From assembly GCA_973895155.1 (NCBI GenBank), contig OZ316898.1, positions 7,985,079-8,049,078 on the forward strand: a DNA stretch of 64,000 bases, written 5' to 3'. Under the pieces are notes generated by a model, which was not told where the DNA came from, did not search any database, and saw only the letters and a list, made by a program, of their open reading frames with translations. A program made the position numbers and the translations under genes. The stretch is from Marsupella aquatica. Its lineage: Eukaryota; Plantae; Marchantiophyta. Below, piece by piece: positions 13,154 through 25,500 of the stretch (its first letter is position 1; the number at the start of each line of letters is the position of its first letter).

Positions 13154-13338
13154 GGAGGTATTTGCTTGATCGATCCCCAAAAATGAAACTTGTTACTTGA
13201 TTGACCCCCTGAGGTCTATCAACAGTCCAGATCTGAGATCAAAAGGTCCATCAACAGTCCAGATTGGGGAAGGAAAAGTATCGAGGGGGTTGATTAAGCA
13301 AACTTTTTCCAAAAGGGGGTCTACTAAGCATATCTCTC
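13154..13338. mobile_element. Small diverged Mutator-like MITE
   Basis: Imperfect ~55-bp TIRs flanked by TAAATTACA and GAAATTACA (9-bp TSD, 1 mismatch). Confidence 0.6.
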
Positions 13339-13592
13339 GAAATTACAGCCTGGATAACTCTCTATAGAAGGAATGCCCCCTTTTCTGTTGAAGTAGGTCA
13401 TGACCACATTTTTTGTCAAGGTGTCAGCAAAACACTGGAAACGTAGACTAAGAGAATTTATTGGCAGGAAAATTTTAATGGCCACCTGTGAAAGTCTTGA
13501 AGCAAGTTAAACTTTTTTTGCAATCAAAGATCACGTACCACACTATGACTAAGGTAGTGGGGTTGCCTGGCCACCCCCCTCCATCCATGCAT

Positions 13593-13866
13593 CCCACACT
13601 CCACCAAAACCAACTCACTGTGGTCCTTTGCTTGGGGTCCAGTGGCATGTGACCTGGTTGTGAGCTCATAGCCTTTATCCCACTTTGTCACCCGTGACCC
13701 TTTTCGTGCAAGCTCCCATAGGCTAAGGCTACAGATTTTCTGTCTCACCCCCATAATTGGGTAGGGGTGAATGGAAACAACTCTCACCTTCCCCCTCCCT
13801 AACTGGGCGCCCCCACACTCCGACCAAAACCAACTCACTGTGGTCCTTTGCTTGGGGTCCAGTGGT
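13593..13866. repeat. ~53-bp direct repeat pair
   Basis: CCCACACTCC(G)ACCAAAACCAACTCACTGTGGTCCTTTGCTTGGGGTCCAGTGG at ~13593 and ~13812. Confidence 0.85.
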
Positions 13867-14593
13867 GCATTTGCTTTCCTTGTCCGTGACATGACTCACA
13901 TTTAGACCAAAAGACCATCTGCAGTAATTGGCATCTGATCCTTAACACATATATTTCAGGGAAAGCTTGCAAGAAAGAGAAGACAAGAGTTCGCTTATGT
14001 TTTAACAATATCAGATCCAAAGGTCCATTCAGACAATCTTCTAACCAAAAGGGGTGCTCAGGTACTGCATTTAATACTGCATGACACAATGAGAAGAGAC
14101 CCAGAGGTCCCACCTCTAGAGATGCTAAAAACTTGGGCCAAACTTGCACTATTCACATAAGAATTTTGGGGGACCCACTCCAGTCCATGTAGGATTGAGA
14201 GAAGTCTGGAATCAAATCTGGTCAGCAAAGTGTTTCAAAACAGTGCAAGTAAGTGCCATGGAGGGTTTTGTCAGGACAGTTCAACAAATGTTGTTCTTGC
14301 TAGCCAGCTGGTCCTTGTTGCAAACCAGTGCAAATGCTTATTGCCCTAAAAATAAAGGGCTTTAACCCAAGTTATGAGGGGTTGATTATTACTTTAGTAA
14401 TACTGGATAGTTTGAGGGACAGGGTTGCTTAACACTTGGAATTTCATGTGCGTTAAGTGAAACTTGTGTTCCAGAGTAATGGCATGACGTCTTGACATCT
14501 TTTAGGTTCAAGGGAGTCAAGTTGTGAAGCTACTAAGGAGACCCCTGTGGTAATATAATGTAAACCGGCTACAAAAAGTAAGCTGACGGTTTA

Positions 14594-14996
14594 TGTTGGG
14601 ATAAATTTAGACCGAACAAGACACTGTCAACACATATGAACAAACATCCATAAACTTCGGCACTAAAAGTACGTGGTTCACCCCGTCTGGGCTACATCCA
14701 TGGCCGTGAGACAAATCCAGTAATGCAAAACAATTACACCCGCCATAGCCAACATGCTAGAGCTCCTCCTCTCACCCTCTCTCCCAAATAGTGAACCAAG
14801 TGTGAACACAAGTTTGTGTTTCCCTTGGGTATACCCCCTCCCATGGTCTATGGGAACCTTGAACTCAAACAAGTGTTATCCTAGTCTGCTGAAGTCAAAA
14901 TAGTACTATGGAAGTCAATAGGTTATACTAGAGGCATAACCTAAAAGTTTACAGGTCATACTTGAGTCAAAAGTGTAAACAATGTTATTTGAGTCA
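14594..14996 (-). mobile_element. Possible degenerate copia solo LTR
   Basis: The minus strand has a TGGATGTAG...GGTGAACCACGT U5-like motif and ends in CCCAACA. The right boundary and TSD are uncertain. Confidence 0.35.
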
Positions 14997-15544
14997 GTTT
15001 CAAGGTTTTGAGTAAGTTCATCGAGCTTTGCCAGTCCATCCAGGCTTCATAGACAACAACGAGGTGAATCCTGGTTTCTGATTTTCCATAATACACCTAA
15101 ACACCTACAAGAAGTTTAGTTTTACATATGTCAATAAGAGCAGAGTAGTTTTTTCATAATGAGCTGATCCAAACCTTGACTTTGCATTTGTTTGGGGTTG
15201 CCTTGAACCTAAAGAAGAAACCCATCTAACAAAAGGACAAACAATATACTTTGGGCTTGCACCTGTGTCGGGTAGCCACAAGGGGATGACACCCATGGAT
15301 ACAACATGGACCCTTGCCAAGAGGGAAAGAGTATTGAACTAGGGCCCCAAAGTGACCAGCCTGTGCCAAAGAGAAACCAAAACTCCCACCCACATACCTC
15401 TACACCCCTTGCATGAACCTCTCGGTCCCAGGCCAACCCCTCCTGGCCAACTGACCCAAGCCACTTGCTTTTGACTCTACATTCTTCTCCAATAATTGCC
15501 CTGAAAATTTCACCAAGGGTATTAAGTTCGATGTACTCTACCCA

Positions 15545-16088
15545 AGCTGACCAAATCCTTCGTTCAAAGCCTCCCCTGGTACGCTTCTGCTTATGTTCAG
15601 GTGAACATGCTTTCGAGATTACCCAAATCCCTCATTCAAAGCCTATTTCACCTCTGTTCATCTTCAGGTCCGAATTTTTTTTCATCGCTTCCTAGATTTG
15701 CCCACATCCTTCATTCAAAGCCTCATCTACACCCCTGCATGTTCTCGTCCGAATTTCTTGTACATGCTTGTCCATAGTTTCCAAATCCTTCACTCCAAGC
15801 CTCGTGTACTACAGATTCTCTCTAGATTTCCCAAATCCTTCATTCAAAGTTTGTCTATCAGACCTCTGCTGATTGTTCATGTCTGAATTCACTGTGCACG
15901 CTCTCTAGCTTCCCAAATCCGTTATTCGAAGCCTCGTCTATTACATCCCTAGTATTTGTGTTCTCGTCTGAATTTCTTGTGTACATGCTTTTTAGATTGC
16001 CCGAATCCTTCAGGGAAAGCGTTGAACACGCACATACCGATGTTTATGCTGACATCTGAATTTCTTGGATATGCTTTCTAGATTGCCC
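15545..16088 (+). repeat. Degenerate tandem array (~7 units of 50-90 bp) abutting SelO
   Basis: Core CCAAATCCTTCATTCAAAGCCTC...GAATTT...ATGCT..CTAGATT recurs at ~15551, 15622, 15701, 15780, 15830, 15912 and 16000. Confidence 0.85.
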
Positions 16089-17999
16089 CTCCGTCCTGGA
16101 AAAATCCATCTGCGACTCGCCCAAATGACCGCACAGCTCTCAAATGGCATTGCAACTAATGGGTCATGCTCGCAATATGCAGGAGCGACACTTGCCGATC
16201 TTCCAAAGTCATGGACGTTCACATCCTCTCTTCCTCCGGATCCCAAGTTTCCCACACCTCTGATATCTCACGAGACACCGAGAGATGAGATCCAGCCTCG
16301 TCAAGTTCTGGGCGCTTTGTTCACATGGGTAAGACCGGAGGCACAAGAGGAGCCAGAGCTGTTATGTGTGAGTCCTGTTGCTTTGAAAGATCTAGGCATA
16401 AAAGAAGGAGAGGAGAGAACTGAGCAGTTCAAGCAATTAGTGGCTGGGAACAAATTGCTCGGGTGGGATGAGGAGAAGGGCGAGGGTTTAGGGTACTCAT
16501 GGGCAACGCGCTATGGTGGCTGGCAGTTTGGCTCATGGGCGGGTCAGCTGGGAGATGGAAGAGCCATATCGTTGTTCGAAACCACAAATCCGAGCACAGG
16601 CATACGCCATGAGCTCCAATTGAAAGGAGCTGGAATTACACCTTATTCTCGGTTTGCGGACGGCAAGGCGGTTTTGAGGTCCAGTATCAGAGAGTTTGTG
16701 GTCTCAGAAGCTCTGAATGCTCTACGAATCCCTTCAACCCGAGCACTCTCTTTAACTCTGCTGCCGAATCAACGGGTTCGGCGTGAAAGATGGGAACCAG
16801 GAGCTATTGTGGCGCGATTTGCCCAGACGTGGCTTCGGATAGGTTCTTTCGACATTCTCCGAGCGAGAGGAGAGCGCGTGTTGATAAGACAGCTGAGCAC
16901 TTACATCGCTGAGAACGTATTCGATGGGTGGGCATCGCTTCCATCACGAATCCCTGACTGTGCGTCTTCTCCTTCCTCTGGAATCGACAGTAAAGCAATT
17001 GAGGGCCCAGCAGGTGCAGAGGAGAATCGATTCACACGGCTGTACCGGGAAATCGTCCGCCGTAATGCCAGAACAGTGGCTGCATGGCAAGCATACGCTT
17101 TCACAAACGGCGTTCTGAACACTGACAACACCTCAGTTCTGGGCCTTTCTATTGACTTTGGGCCGTTTGCGTTCTTGGACAACTTCGACCCCAATTACAC
17201 GCCCAACCATGATGATTATATGCACCGATACTCGTACCGTAATCAACCGGATATCATATGGTGGAACTTGGTTCGGTTGGGCGAGTCGTTGGGCGAGCTC
17301 ATGGGCGCAGGTGCCGGGGTTGACGAAACAGTGTTTGTGGAAACGGGCGTCCGCGACGAAGAAGCCGACGAGCTCATCTCAAGAGCAGAAGGGATCATTA
17401 AACGAGCTGGCGAGGAATACAAGGCTGTGTTTTCCGACGAGTACAAACGGCTGATGACAGCGCGGCTTGGCCTGAAAACTCAAAAGGAATCAGATTTTGA
17501 AAATTTGTTCAGCGAATTACTTGATACTATGGAGGCGTTGGAGCTGGACTTCAACCAATTCTTCAGGAAGTTGAGCAATATTAATGTTGCTAGTCTGGAT
17601 ACCGATGATAGAAGAGAGGAAGTGGCTGGCGTTTTCTTCCACCATGAAGGCGTCACTGGTCTTGGAAACACAGAAGAGTCGGCACGAAAACGAATAGCAG
17701 ATTGGCTTGATCGGTGGCAACTCCGGGTCTACGAAGAGTGGGGTCCTGATGGCCAAGATGAGGAGAGGCAAACGGCGATGAAGAAAGTCAATCCCAAGTT
17801 CATCCCCAAAGCCTGGATTTTGGATGAGCTCATCAAGAGGGTGGAGAAAGGAGGCGAGAGGGAAATCCTGGATAGGGTGTTAAATCTGGCATTGCATCCG
17901 TTTGAAGAGAGATGGGATTGGGACGAGGCAGAGGAGGAGAGATTCTGTGGTGATGTGCCGAAAACTGAGAGAGCAATGCAATGTTCTTGTAGTTCTTAG
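16071..17999 (+). CDS. SELO: SelO/FMP40 (UPF0061/YdiU) protein adenylyltransferase, fungal-type, intronless
   Basis: Motifs QFGSWAGQLGDGRA, ELQLKGAGITPYSRFADGKAVLRSSIREF, NGVLNTDNTS..IDFGPFAF and C-terminal QCSCSS. First ATG is at 16071 (the ORF track starts at TTG 16065); an alternative ATG is at 16125. Confidence 0.95.
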   Translation: MLSRLPLRPGKIHLRLAQMTAQLSNGIATNGSCSQYAGATLADLPKSWTFTSSLPPDPKFPTPLISHETPRDEIQPRQVLGALFTWVRPEAQEEPELLCVSPVALKDLGIKEGEERTEQFKQLVAGNKLLGWDEEKGEGLGYSWATRYGGWQFGSWAGQLGDGRAISLFETTNPSTGIRHELQLKGAGITPYSRFADGKAVLRSSIREFVVSEALNALRIPSTRALSLTLLPNQRVRRERWEPGAIVARFAQTWLRIGSFDILRARGERVLIRQLSTYIAENVFDGWASLPSRIPDCASSPSSGIDSKAIEGPAGAEENRFTRLYREIVRRNARTVAAWQAYAFTNGVLNTDNTSVLGLSIDFGPFAFLDNFDPNYTPNHDDYMHRYSYRNQPDIIWWNLVRLGESLGELMGAGAGVDETVFVETGVRDEEADELISRAEGIIKRAGEEYKAVFSDEYKRLMTARLGLKTQKESDFENLFSELLDTMEALELDFNQFFRKLSNINVASLDTDDRREEVAGVFFHHEGVTGLGNTEESARKRIADWLDRWQLRVYEEWGPDGQDEERQTAMKKVNPKFIPKAWILDELIKRVEKGGEREILDRVLNLALHPFEERWDWDEAEEERFCGDVPKTERAMQCSCSS

Positions 18000-20475
18000 A
18001 TGCCTTCAGGTCAACTTATCGGGCAATTTATGCGGCACTTGTACATAATTATCTTGCAGCGGTAATAACATATGGTCAGGCTATGATCCTGACGTGTAAT
18101 TTGTGGGCTCATGATGAACTTCTTGGGTTGATCCACCAGAATAATCTGTTTTACTTCCAATGTCCGGCTTTGCATATCTCACAATTTATCTGGTCAAATG
18201 AGAATTCATTGGGATGGTTACCGCTCGTAAGTTGATAAATTCTCGAAGCGTGATGATTCCTGTCATGCACTCCTACTTCTCAAGTCACTTGCCGGATGAG
18301 TATTGTGGCCACACTCGGTTTGAATCTGTTGCCATAACTTGCTACATTTCCAGATGGAGTTGGTCTGGCATCTCTGTCGATTGTCCGAATGTTCTCCAAC
18401 GCTCAACTTGATTACGAAATGGAGCTAGGCAAGATTGGGCTAGACGAGACCTTCCCTCAAAACAATCATGTTTTCACCCTTTTCAATCAGGGGCTCTGCG
18501 ACTTTCGTTCGCTAGACATAACAAAACAAGCAATTGTCCCAAACCCACGAGATGGCCAGTGATTGTAGGTGTTTCTCCTACTTACATGTTATTTTCTCAC
18601 GTTGTGCTTTCTCTTTGATTAGTTTCCTTTATAACGCTGCACGTGCTCTGAAAACTGTTTTCCAACCCGAGAGAGAAGAGGGTAGAACCTGGTCAAAGCT
18701 AAAAATCGAGGTGTCATAATTCTTACCACTTCGTCGGGTCCACGTCAAGACGGATCCTCTTGGCAACAGGCAAACAAGGCGTTGTGAGGAAAATCAGCTG
18801 GTCGTGCCGGGGCTGTGAACTCTCGTTGTGTCAATCGGGGTTTTCATGACTTGGACACAAAGTGCAGTCGATCGAATCGACTGGGCATGGCTTTGCGCGG
18901 TGAAATCACAACTTGATGACAGAAAGCACAACTTTCAGCAATGCGTACATCTTTGAGAGTAAATTTGCATCATTGGAACAATCTACTGGGTGATCTGTCC
19001 ATTTGCGGATCTGCTTGAGAGTGATTCCGAATTTCCTCTTCTCTTCCCCGTAGAGTGCCGATCTAGAGAGCTCTGTATCTGAAGACTGCGTCAGGGCCAT
19101 TGTAGTATTTCTGCGGACTACTTTTGAAGGCCCAATCTTTCGGTGGTCCTCAAAATAATCCTTCTCTGTGATTGAACGTCCATGCATCGCACGGTGTAGT
19201 TGTCATGGCCAATAATTATGGCCTACATTTCATGTTCCAACTAGGTTTTTTTGCTATGTCTCTTCATGTCAGGGCAAGCACCGGATCCATGCAATGCAAC
19301 TTCCGCATTAAATACATGAGTTCAGAGTGGACGGCGAGGATAAGTCTGGCAGCTGTTCACAAATCGGTCCTCGAGCACGTACTTAATTCAGGCTGGAGTG
19401 TAACTGACTACCGGATATATTTGAGATAAGTGTGCGATAAGTAACCAATAATCAGGGGAGCATTCTCTCTCAGAATTAAGGTCTCAGTGGCCCGCAATAA
19501 CTCATAAGTTTTTACCTCATGATCGTCAACGAAGACTGCTGTCGAATCAGGAGCAAAGGCCACCAGTACAGCCTATCCAACCCTAACTGGAACAAGTAGT
19601 CCAAAAAAGCTTGTGCATTCCCTAGACAGCTCGCCCTTACCTGAATTATGGACTTTAGACGTCGTTCTGAGGATATATTTTGACAGCTATCGTGAGTGCC
19701 GGGATCCCAGCCTTTTTTACAGCGTAAGGTGAAAAAAACTACAGGTCGTCTGAGGCTAAATGAGACATGTTCACTGCTGTCTGACAATAACTGCTGATCG
19801 GTATCGTTTTCCTACTATATACAGTGCAAGTCACAGATGCCTACATTCCTGTGAAAAAATCGAGAAAAGTTGCAACCCTGGATCATTGCCACAACGTAGG
19901 CTTGTAAAGACTCCTCCAAGCGAGAGACTCTGTGAACACTCCCAAAAAGCTTCTAACTTGCTACGGACATCAGACAAAGATCCGTAGCACAGAGGAACTG
20001 ACGTGGAGACCACTGCAGACATGCTAATCAGACATGTAAGACTATAAACGATTTTTCTGACGATCTGCTAAAGTTTTCCCCAATTATCAAAGTATGCTCC
20101 CCCAAAGTTGTCCAGTGGGACTTCACAGAGGCGTGGCCAAAAACTGTAGTTGGCTAGTGATATCAGACAAGAGCACGTCATAGCAGACTCTACGGTCTCA
20201 GCCAGTGAGGAAAGGGATAGTGACCACGTTTTTCGCAGACGTCCAGCCACGAACTCCAACTCCATCAAGCACGACACGGAGATAAACCTACCTAGTTCGT
20301 TCGTTTTTCAATCCGTACAATTGGAATCAATTCCCTTTCATGCAACGAATGAAAACTTGAAAGCACATGCAAAAATATTGAGACTGCGAGAGGGCACAAA
20401 GGTAATATCGCCTTGAATGAGAGCAGGAAGAGACAGGTCCACTTTACTGTGATAGCGACGATACCCACATCCACC

Positions 20476-22542
20476 CTACAGCAATGGAGAAGGCACAGTC
20501 TGATGGGGTAATGTGAAAAGATCCTTGCCTGCAAATGGTGAGGTCCACTCCGGAACCCCAACACCAGCTGCATTTCCACTGTCGCTGACTGGCTTGTCTT
20601 GAAGCCCCAAAACCCCCGAATTTCCCCTACTTGAGCTAGTCCATGTAAGGTAATCTATAGAGCTCCTGGGTTCCTCTCCGTCTCCTGTGTAACCGGGTGA
20701 AATTCCTTCACCAGCTAACCCTAGCCTAGGATTCCCACCCTCTGAGAGATTTAACATTGATGAAAAGCTGCTGGAAACCCCCCAAACGCTAGGTTCTGAG
20801 GTATTAGAGGGCGATGCACCCATGCTCCAATCGATATTTTTGTAATCACATCCACTCGAAACCCACATACTCCAATCTGCAGGTCCGCCTGGAAGGCCAG
20901 ATCCCCAACCTGAGAGAAATCTGGGAGCGGATTGACTTCTTAGATGAGAGGTAGACGCAGGTATACTGGCAGATGGCCGGACATTATCTCGACCACCAAA
21001 AGAATTACTGCAAATACCCCAAGCTGAAGCCTGCACATCTGATCTATTTGGCGGCGAAAGGTGAGCTTTCACAGGATCCTCTGCATGCTTCGAAAACATT
21101 CCCCCTATCAACTTGGCATTGGACACACCCTTAAACATCGCATCACCCGAAGTACCATTGAAAAACAGGACACTGGACGGTGAGGAGGCGCCGACAACAC
21201 TTCCGTTCCAGCTGGAGGGAGACAAAGAAGGTGAGACTGAGGCAGACCTGGCATTCGATGGAGGGGTTATGGGAGATTGCGGCAGCTGTGGTGAGACTAT
21301 CGGATCTCTCGGGGTCAAATGCAAACCCTGTTCTCGGCGAGACGAGGGCCCTTTCTCATGCTGTGGAGCCCTAGATTCCAAAGAATGACGACCAGGAGAA
21401 GGATAAGAGAGAGGAAGAGCTTGGGACGGATTCCGCACGCCATTGTTAGCCATTCCCGGCAGTACTCTCGGCCAATCTGTCCCCATCTGAGATCCGCTCC
21501 TAGCCGTAGAGAGGGTTCCATCTACAGACCCAGGAGAACGGGAAAGAATAGACTGATACCCTTGAGGCCTGCTCTGCACCGTATGGAGTTCCTTCTCTTG
21601 TCTCTCATGGTTCAAAGCTTGGAACAAACCACTCCCTTGCCCTTGTGCATTCATCAAATAAGGTGAAGTAGTAGCGGCACTAGTGGGTTGCTCTTTACCT
21701 CTATCCTGTAAGGGACTACTCCCATACTCTGGAACACCACGGGGTTGAGGATGTCGCTCACGCAACCAATTCGCAGCTTTGTCTAAATCTCCTTCACAAG
21801 CGACAACTGCCCTTTCAATTTCAACCCGGAGGTACTTAAATCGGATTTCTAAGTCGGCAATTCGTGCAAGCTCGTCCGCTATATCTATTTTCAGAGGCCG
21901 CTCCGCATTCCAGTCTTCCTTCACTTGTCCTTCGCCTCCTTCTAAGAGCCAAGCCACTGAGTGCTCCACATGCCCTTCGTTAAATATTAGTGCCATGGTC
22001 GCTCTGTCGTGTGAGAAACCCATAGCTACAAGTTGCTGGGCGAGTGCTTCCAATTTGCGAGACATCAAGTATCCTGTGCAGCGATCCCTAAGCTCCTGTG
22101 CCCGACGCTCCTTCTGTCGCTGATGCTTCTTCTCATTTTTAAAACGGATTTTATCTCTCTTGTCAGATCCTCCCCCGACTACGCCTGGTGGTTGCCCCTT
22201 TTTGTCTTTCCCATTTAGGTTTTGTAGCTGATCCTCAGATTCACCGGAGCAACTGCCATTATTCGACATTGAATCGTACTCGGAATAGGATCCAACGACA
22301 CTGCCCAAATCATCGGAATCGTCGATGGATTTAAACCGCCCACTTTGATTGGACACCATTGTTTCTGAAATTGACGAGTCCAGCAAAGAGTGGAACATGC
22401 CCGTGCCCGGGTTGTAAGCACTGGCTGCCATTCCTGCACCTATAGAGGCGTGCTTCGAAGAAGCCTTCCACTCCCTGCCCTGGGCTTTTTCGCTGCCTTT
22501 CTCCCCTGTGGTACCCTGTCTATTCCTCGATGCAGGAGGCAT
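20476..22542 (-). CDS. Plant UBA-domain protein (UBA/TS-N family), single coding exon
   Basis: Conserved blocks SAYNPGTGMFHSL, SNNGSCSGESED, KNEKKHQRQKERRAQELRDRC, UBA LVAMGFSHDRATMAL, and C-terminal EWTSPFAGKDLF. Probable ATG at 22542 (MPPAS). Confidence 0.88.
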   Translation of the reverse strand: MPPASRNRQGTTGEKGSEKAQGREWKASSKHASIGAGMAASAYNPGTGMFHSLLDSSISETMVSNQSGRFKSIDDSDDLGSVVGSYSEYDSMSNNGSCSGESEDQLQNLNGKDKKGQPPGVVGGGSDKRDKIRFKNEKKHQRQKERRAQELRDRCTGYLMSRKLEALAQQLVAMGFSHDRATMALIFNEGHVEHSVAWLLEGGEGQVKEDWNAERPLKIDIADELARIADLEIRFKYLRVEIERAVVACEGDLDKAANWLRERHPQPRGVPEYGSSPLQDRGKEQPTSAATTSPYLMNAQGQGSGLFQALNHERQEKELHTVQSRPQGYQSILSRSPGSVDGTLSTARSGSQMGTDWPRVLPGMANNGVRNPSQALPLSYPSPGRHSLESRAPQHEKGPSSRREQGLHLTPRDPIVSPQLPQSPITPPSNARSASVSPSLSPSSWNGSVVGASSPSSVLFFNGTSGDAMFKGVSNAKLIGGMFSKHAEDPVKAHLSPPNRSDVQASAWGICSNSFGGRDNVRPSASIPASTSHLRSQSAPRFLSGWGSGLPGGPADWSMWVSSGCDYKNIDWSMGASPSNTSEPSVWGVSSSFSSMLNLSEGGNPRLGLAGEGISPGYTGDGEEPRSSIDYLTWTSSSRGNSGVLGLQDKPVSDSGNAAGVGVPEWTSPFAGKDLFTLPHQTVPSPLL

Positions 22543-25500
22543 TGCTGCAACTGCGCTGAAACCACCGCTCGCAACAATCCTCCACAGCGCCCCCGAAAGA
22601 GACAATCTGAAAAGCGCAAACCATCCAGCAATTAGCTATCCGTTCGTGCAACAATCTCTGTATCTGTTTCCAAAATCAATGCATTTCACGCCAACCCACC
22701 AACAAAGTAAATGAAACCCACTCCACACTCGGCACGCAACTTGGCAAGGTCCGGAATGGTTATGGTTTCAATGCATCAATGCCGCAAAAAGCAAGCAAGT
22801 TTGAGAGGAAGCTTTGGTGATCGCAGGCAGAACTGCATGTCGATCACAAAAATCCAACCGGAGACCGCTTGCTTCTTACTTACATGATTAGAACACAATC
22901 CCGGCCAATTTTTGGAGAGAGTCGCGAAGCGGCTTGGTTACGGCAACGAAAAGAAATCCCTTTGGTCAGACCACTGCACGGAAAACCCTTATCTATCGAA
23001 CAACAGCAGCTCGTGGAGGATCATATGGCGTCTCAAATCAGAAACCTGTCTCGGAAACGATCAACTATCACTCTTCCCTTCCCGCGGAGAGTCCGCCAGC
23101 AACAGCGACGACACCAATTCGTCAAAACGACAACTGACGGGAAGGATGCCCGAGTAGAAGCCAGAGATCCAAAACCACGGTACGGTGACTACGACGACGG
23201 GGACAGTCACACCGAGAAGCTCAGACTCAAGGCAGCATGCAATCGGGCATAGAGGATGAGCACCTTACCACCGATTTGCCTAGACCACGCGTCTGAACGA
23301 AGCGCTTCGAGATGACGAGCAAGAAAAAGAGTGACAGAAAACCACAAGCCCGGGCTGCTGCGATGTGCTGGGCCGCCAAATCCAGGAGGCAGAGATCGCT
23401 TGCCCTTCGCCAACTCCTCCCAAATTTGCCGCAAGTTCACGGATAACGATCCCCGACGCGATTAGGGCAGAAAACTCCCACCAGCGCTAGTTCACGAGAA
23501 GCAGAGAGATTCCTCACGAGGGAAAGCTGCATTAATCGAAACCAGCAGATATGACGGAGAATCCATAGGCAGGCAGGCGGGCGAAACCCAGCGGGCACCA
23601 GCTTCCTTCTTCCGCACTTGCACCAACGAACAAACGCACTCCCACCGATCGGGCAGATTAGCAGCAGCACTCCCTTCCCCGCTCACTCGCGACGACAATC
23701 CCAATCTTCGACAAACGAGTCAGTCAATCCGTCCAGGTCCTCCTCCGTCAGCCAAAAGCGGAGCCGAGCCAAGCCAACCAGAAGCCGAGCGGGGCCGTCC
23801 AGTCCAGAGAACGAACCGAAGGAACCTCTCGAGGTGGCGGGATTCTTCTTCCTCGTGCCGATTTCAAAGCCCGCAGCAATCGCGCATTAACCAAACTCCT
23901 CACACCTGCGTGACTAAGCGAATCCCCTCGACCCACGATTGGATCGCATGTCCATCAGACAGAAAAGAAGCTCTTAATCTTCGGCGACTTTGCTATTTGC
24001 CATCCATCCCACAACTCCACTCCCGACTCTGCCACAGAAAAAGGTCAGGTCGAATCCTCACGGCGACGACGAAGAACGGATTCTGCAAGATAGGTCCCCG
24101 TCATACGCTAGCAGTGCTAGCAAAGTTCCGGGAATTGCCATCCACGCGGTGCAAGTAATCCCATTGGCAGTGCAGGGAATATTCCAACTACTAACGGTTC
24201 GGGCCGTGGATTAGCTGAATGGATGCTCCAGATCATTCAGAAATTTCCATCGCGTGGATATTTCCATATACTGCTCAGAATTTCGCAAACTCAAGTAGCA
24301 TCCGACGGGAGAAGTCCATAGTAAAGGAAGAGATCTGATTGGGTCTTGACCGGAGTAATCAACACCAATTTATATACGTCCGTAGGATTCAGGACTGGAC
24401 GGCTATAGGGATCCTTTCCGGATTATAGAAACAATGTTCGTTAGATTCATGGTTCGTGCTCATATGGTATACCTCGTGAGGCGCGAGCAGAGTAGCACAC
24501 TTTTCTGTCAGTTCCGTGCCATGTCTTCAGAGCCAGCTGGTGGCAACGGGGCCGCTGCGTGGCAACGTGGAGGGGCCACAGGGCCACAGAGTAGGAACCG
24601 AGGGGGCCAGAGATTACGACAGGCCGTCTACTATGGTACAATGAAGAACAAATGTACCACGGTGAAAAATATTACTGCGCAGTAAATCGTTGGCCGCCTT
24701 TATGGGGGCCAATTTGACTCTAACTTTGACTCCGCTAGATACGAGAGACGAACAAAAAGGAAACATCAATAAACACGTGTAGGGAATGGACACAGTGATG
24801 AATTTGGGGAACCAGCCGAAAAAGCAAATCCCAAATGACGGGAAAATGGATGTCTGTTCGAATCACGAATTCCGTCTCTCGAGGCAAATTGTTGGAAAAG
24901 TGAAGGCCAAAAAGGGATGGAGGGAAGAAAGAGAACTGTAGAATAGAAGAGCATCAAATAGGGATGGGGTTGGACACATTCATGATTATTGTATTCGAGC
25001 GAATGGAAGTGGACTATGTGGTCATTAGTGGCCGGTCCTTTTTGGGGCCAAGAGCTGTCCAACCATAGACGTCTCATCAGAGCCTCGAGAGCTGCCGCAG
25101 CTTTTCTAACGTCCACTGCAACCCAGAGAGTTTACAACAGTAATGACAATTTTAAAAGATTTGCTACCGCCACAGCTTGGTTTTACAGCCTATGGGTTTG
25201 CAAGAGATTCTGCCAGAGCACTATATAGCCCCTCAGGTTGGAGTGCTCCTACTAGGGGCAGGAGAGGCTGGTGCTGCCAATAATAGGGCAATCTAGTCAA
25301 AAGTGACTCCCCATTAGTGCGTATCAAAGCTGCACATTCCCTGAGAATTTTTGGGCAGCTGTGATGTAAAAGTTCTCTGTCTGTGGTCATTACCCAAAGT
25401 GGGATTTTGGTCAAAATTACCCTGCCTGGGTTTTGGTTTGAGACTAGTAACACAATCATCATCAATTTTTCAATGGGTGCTGACCATTCTTGAAAGGCAC

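Noticed and set aside
15545-16088. Repeat array as a CRISPR-like locus
   Set aside because: Units are degenerate along their whole length, with no unique spacers and no cas genes, in a eukaryotic context.
22869-24685. ORFs upstream of the UBA gene
   Set aside because: No domain signal; consistent with 5'UTR, intron or promoter sequence.
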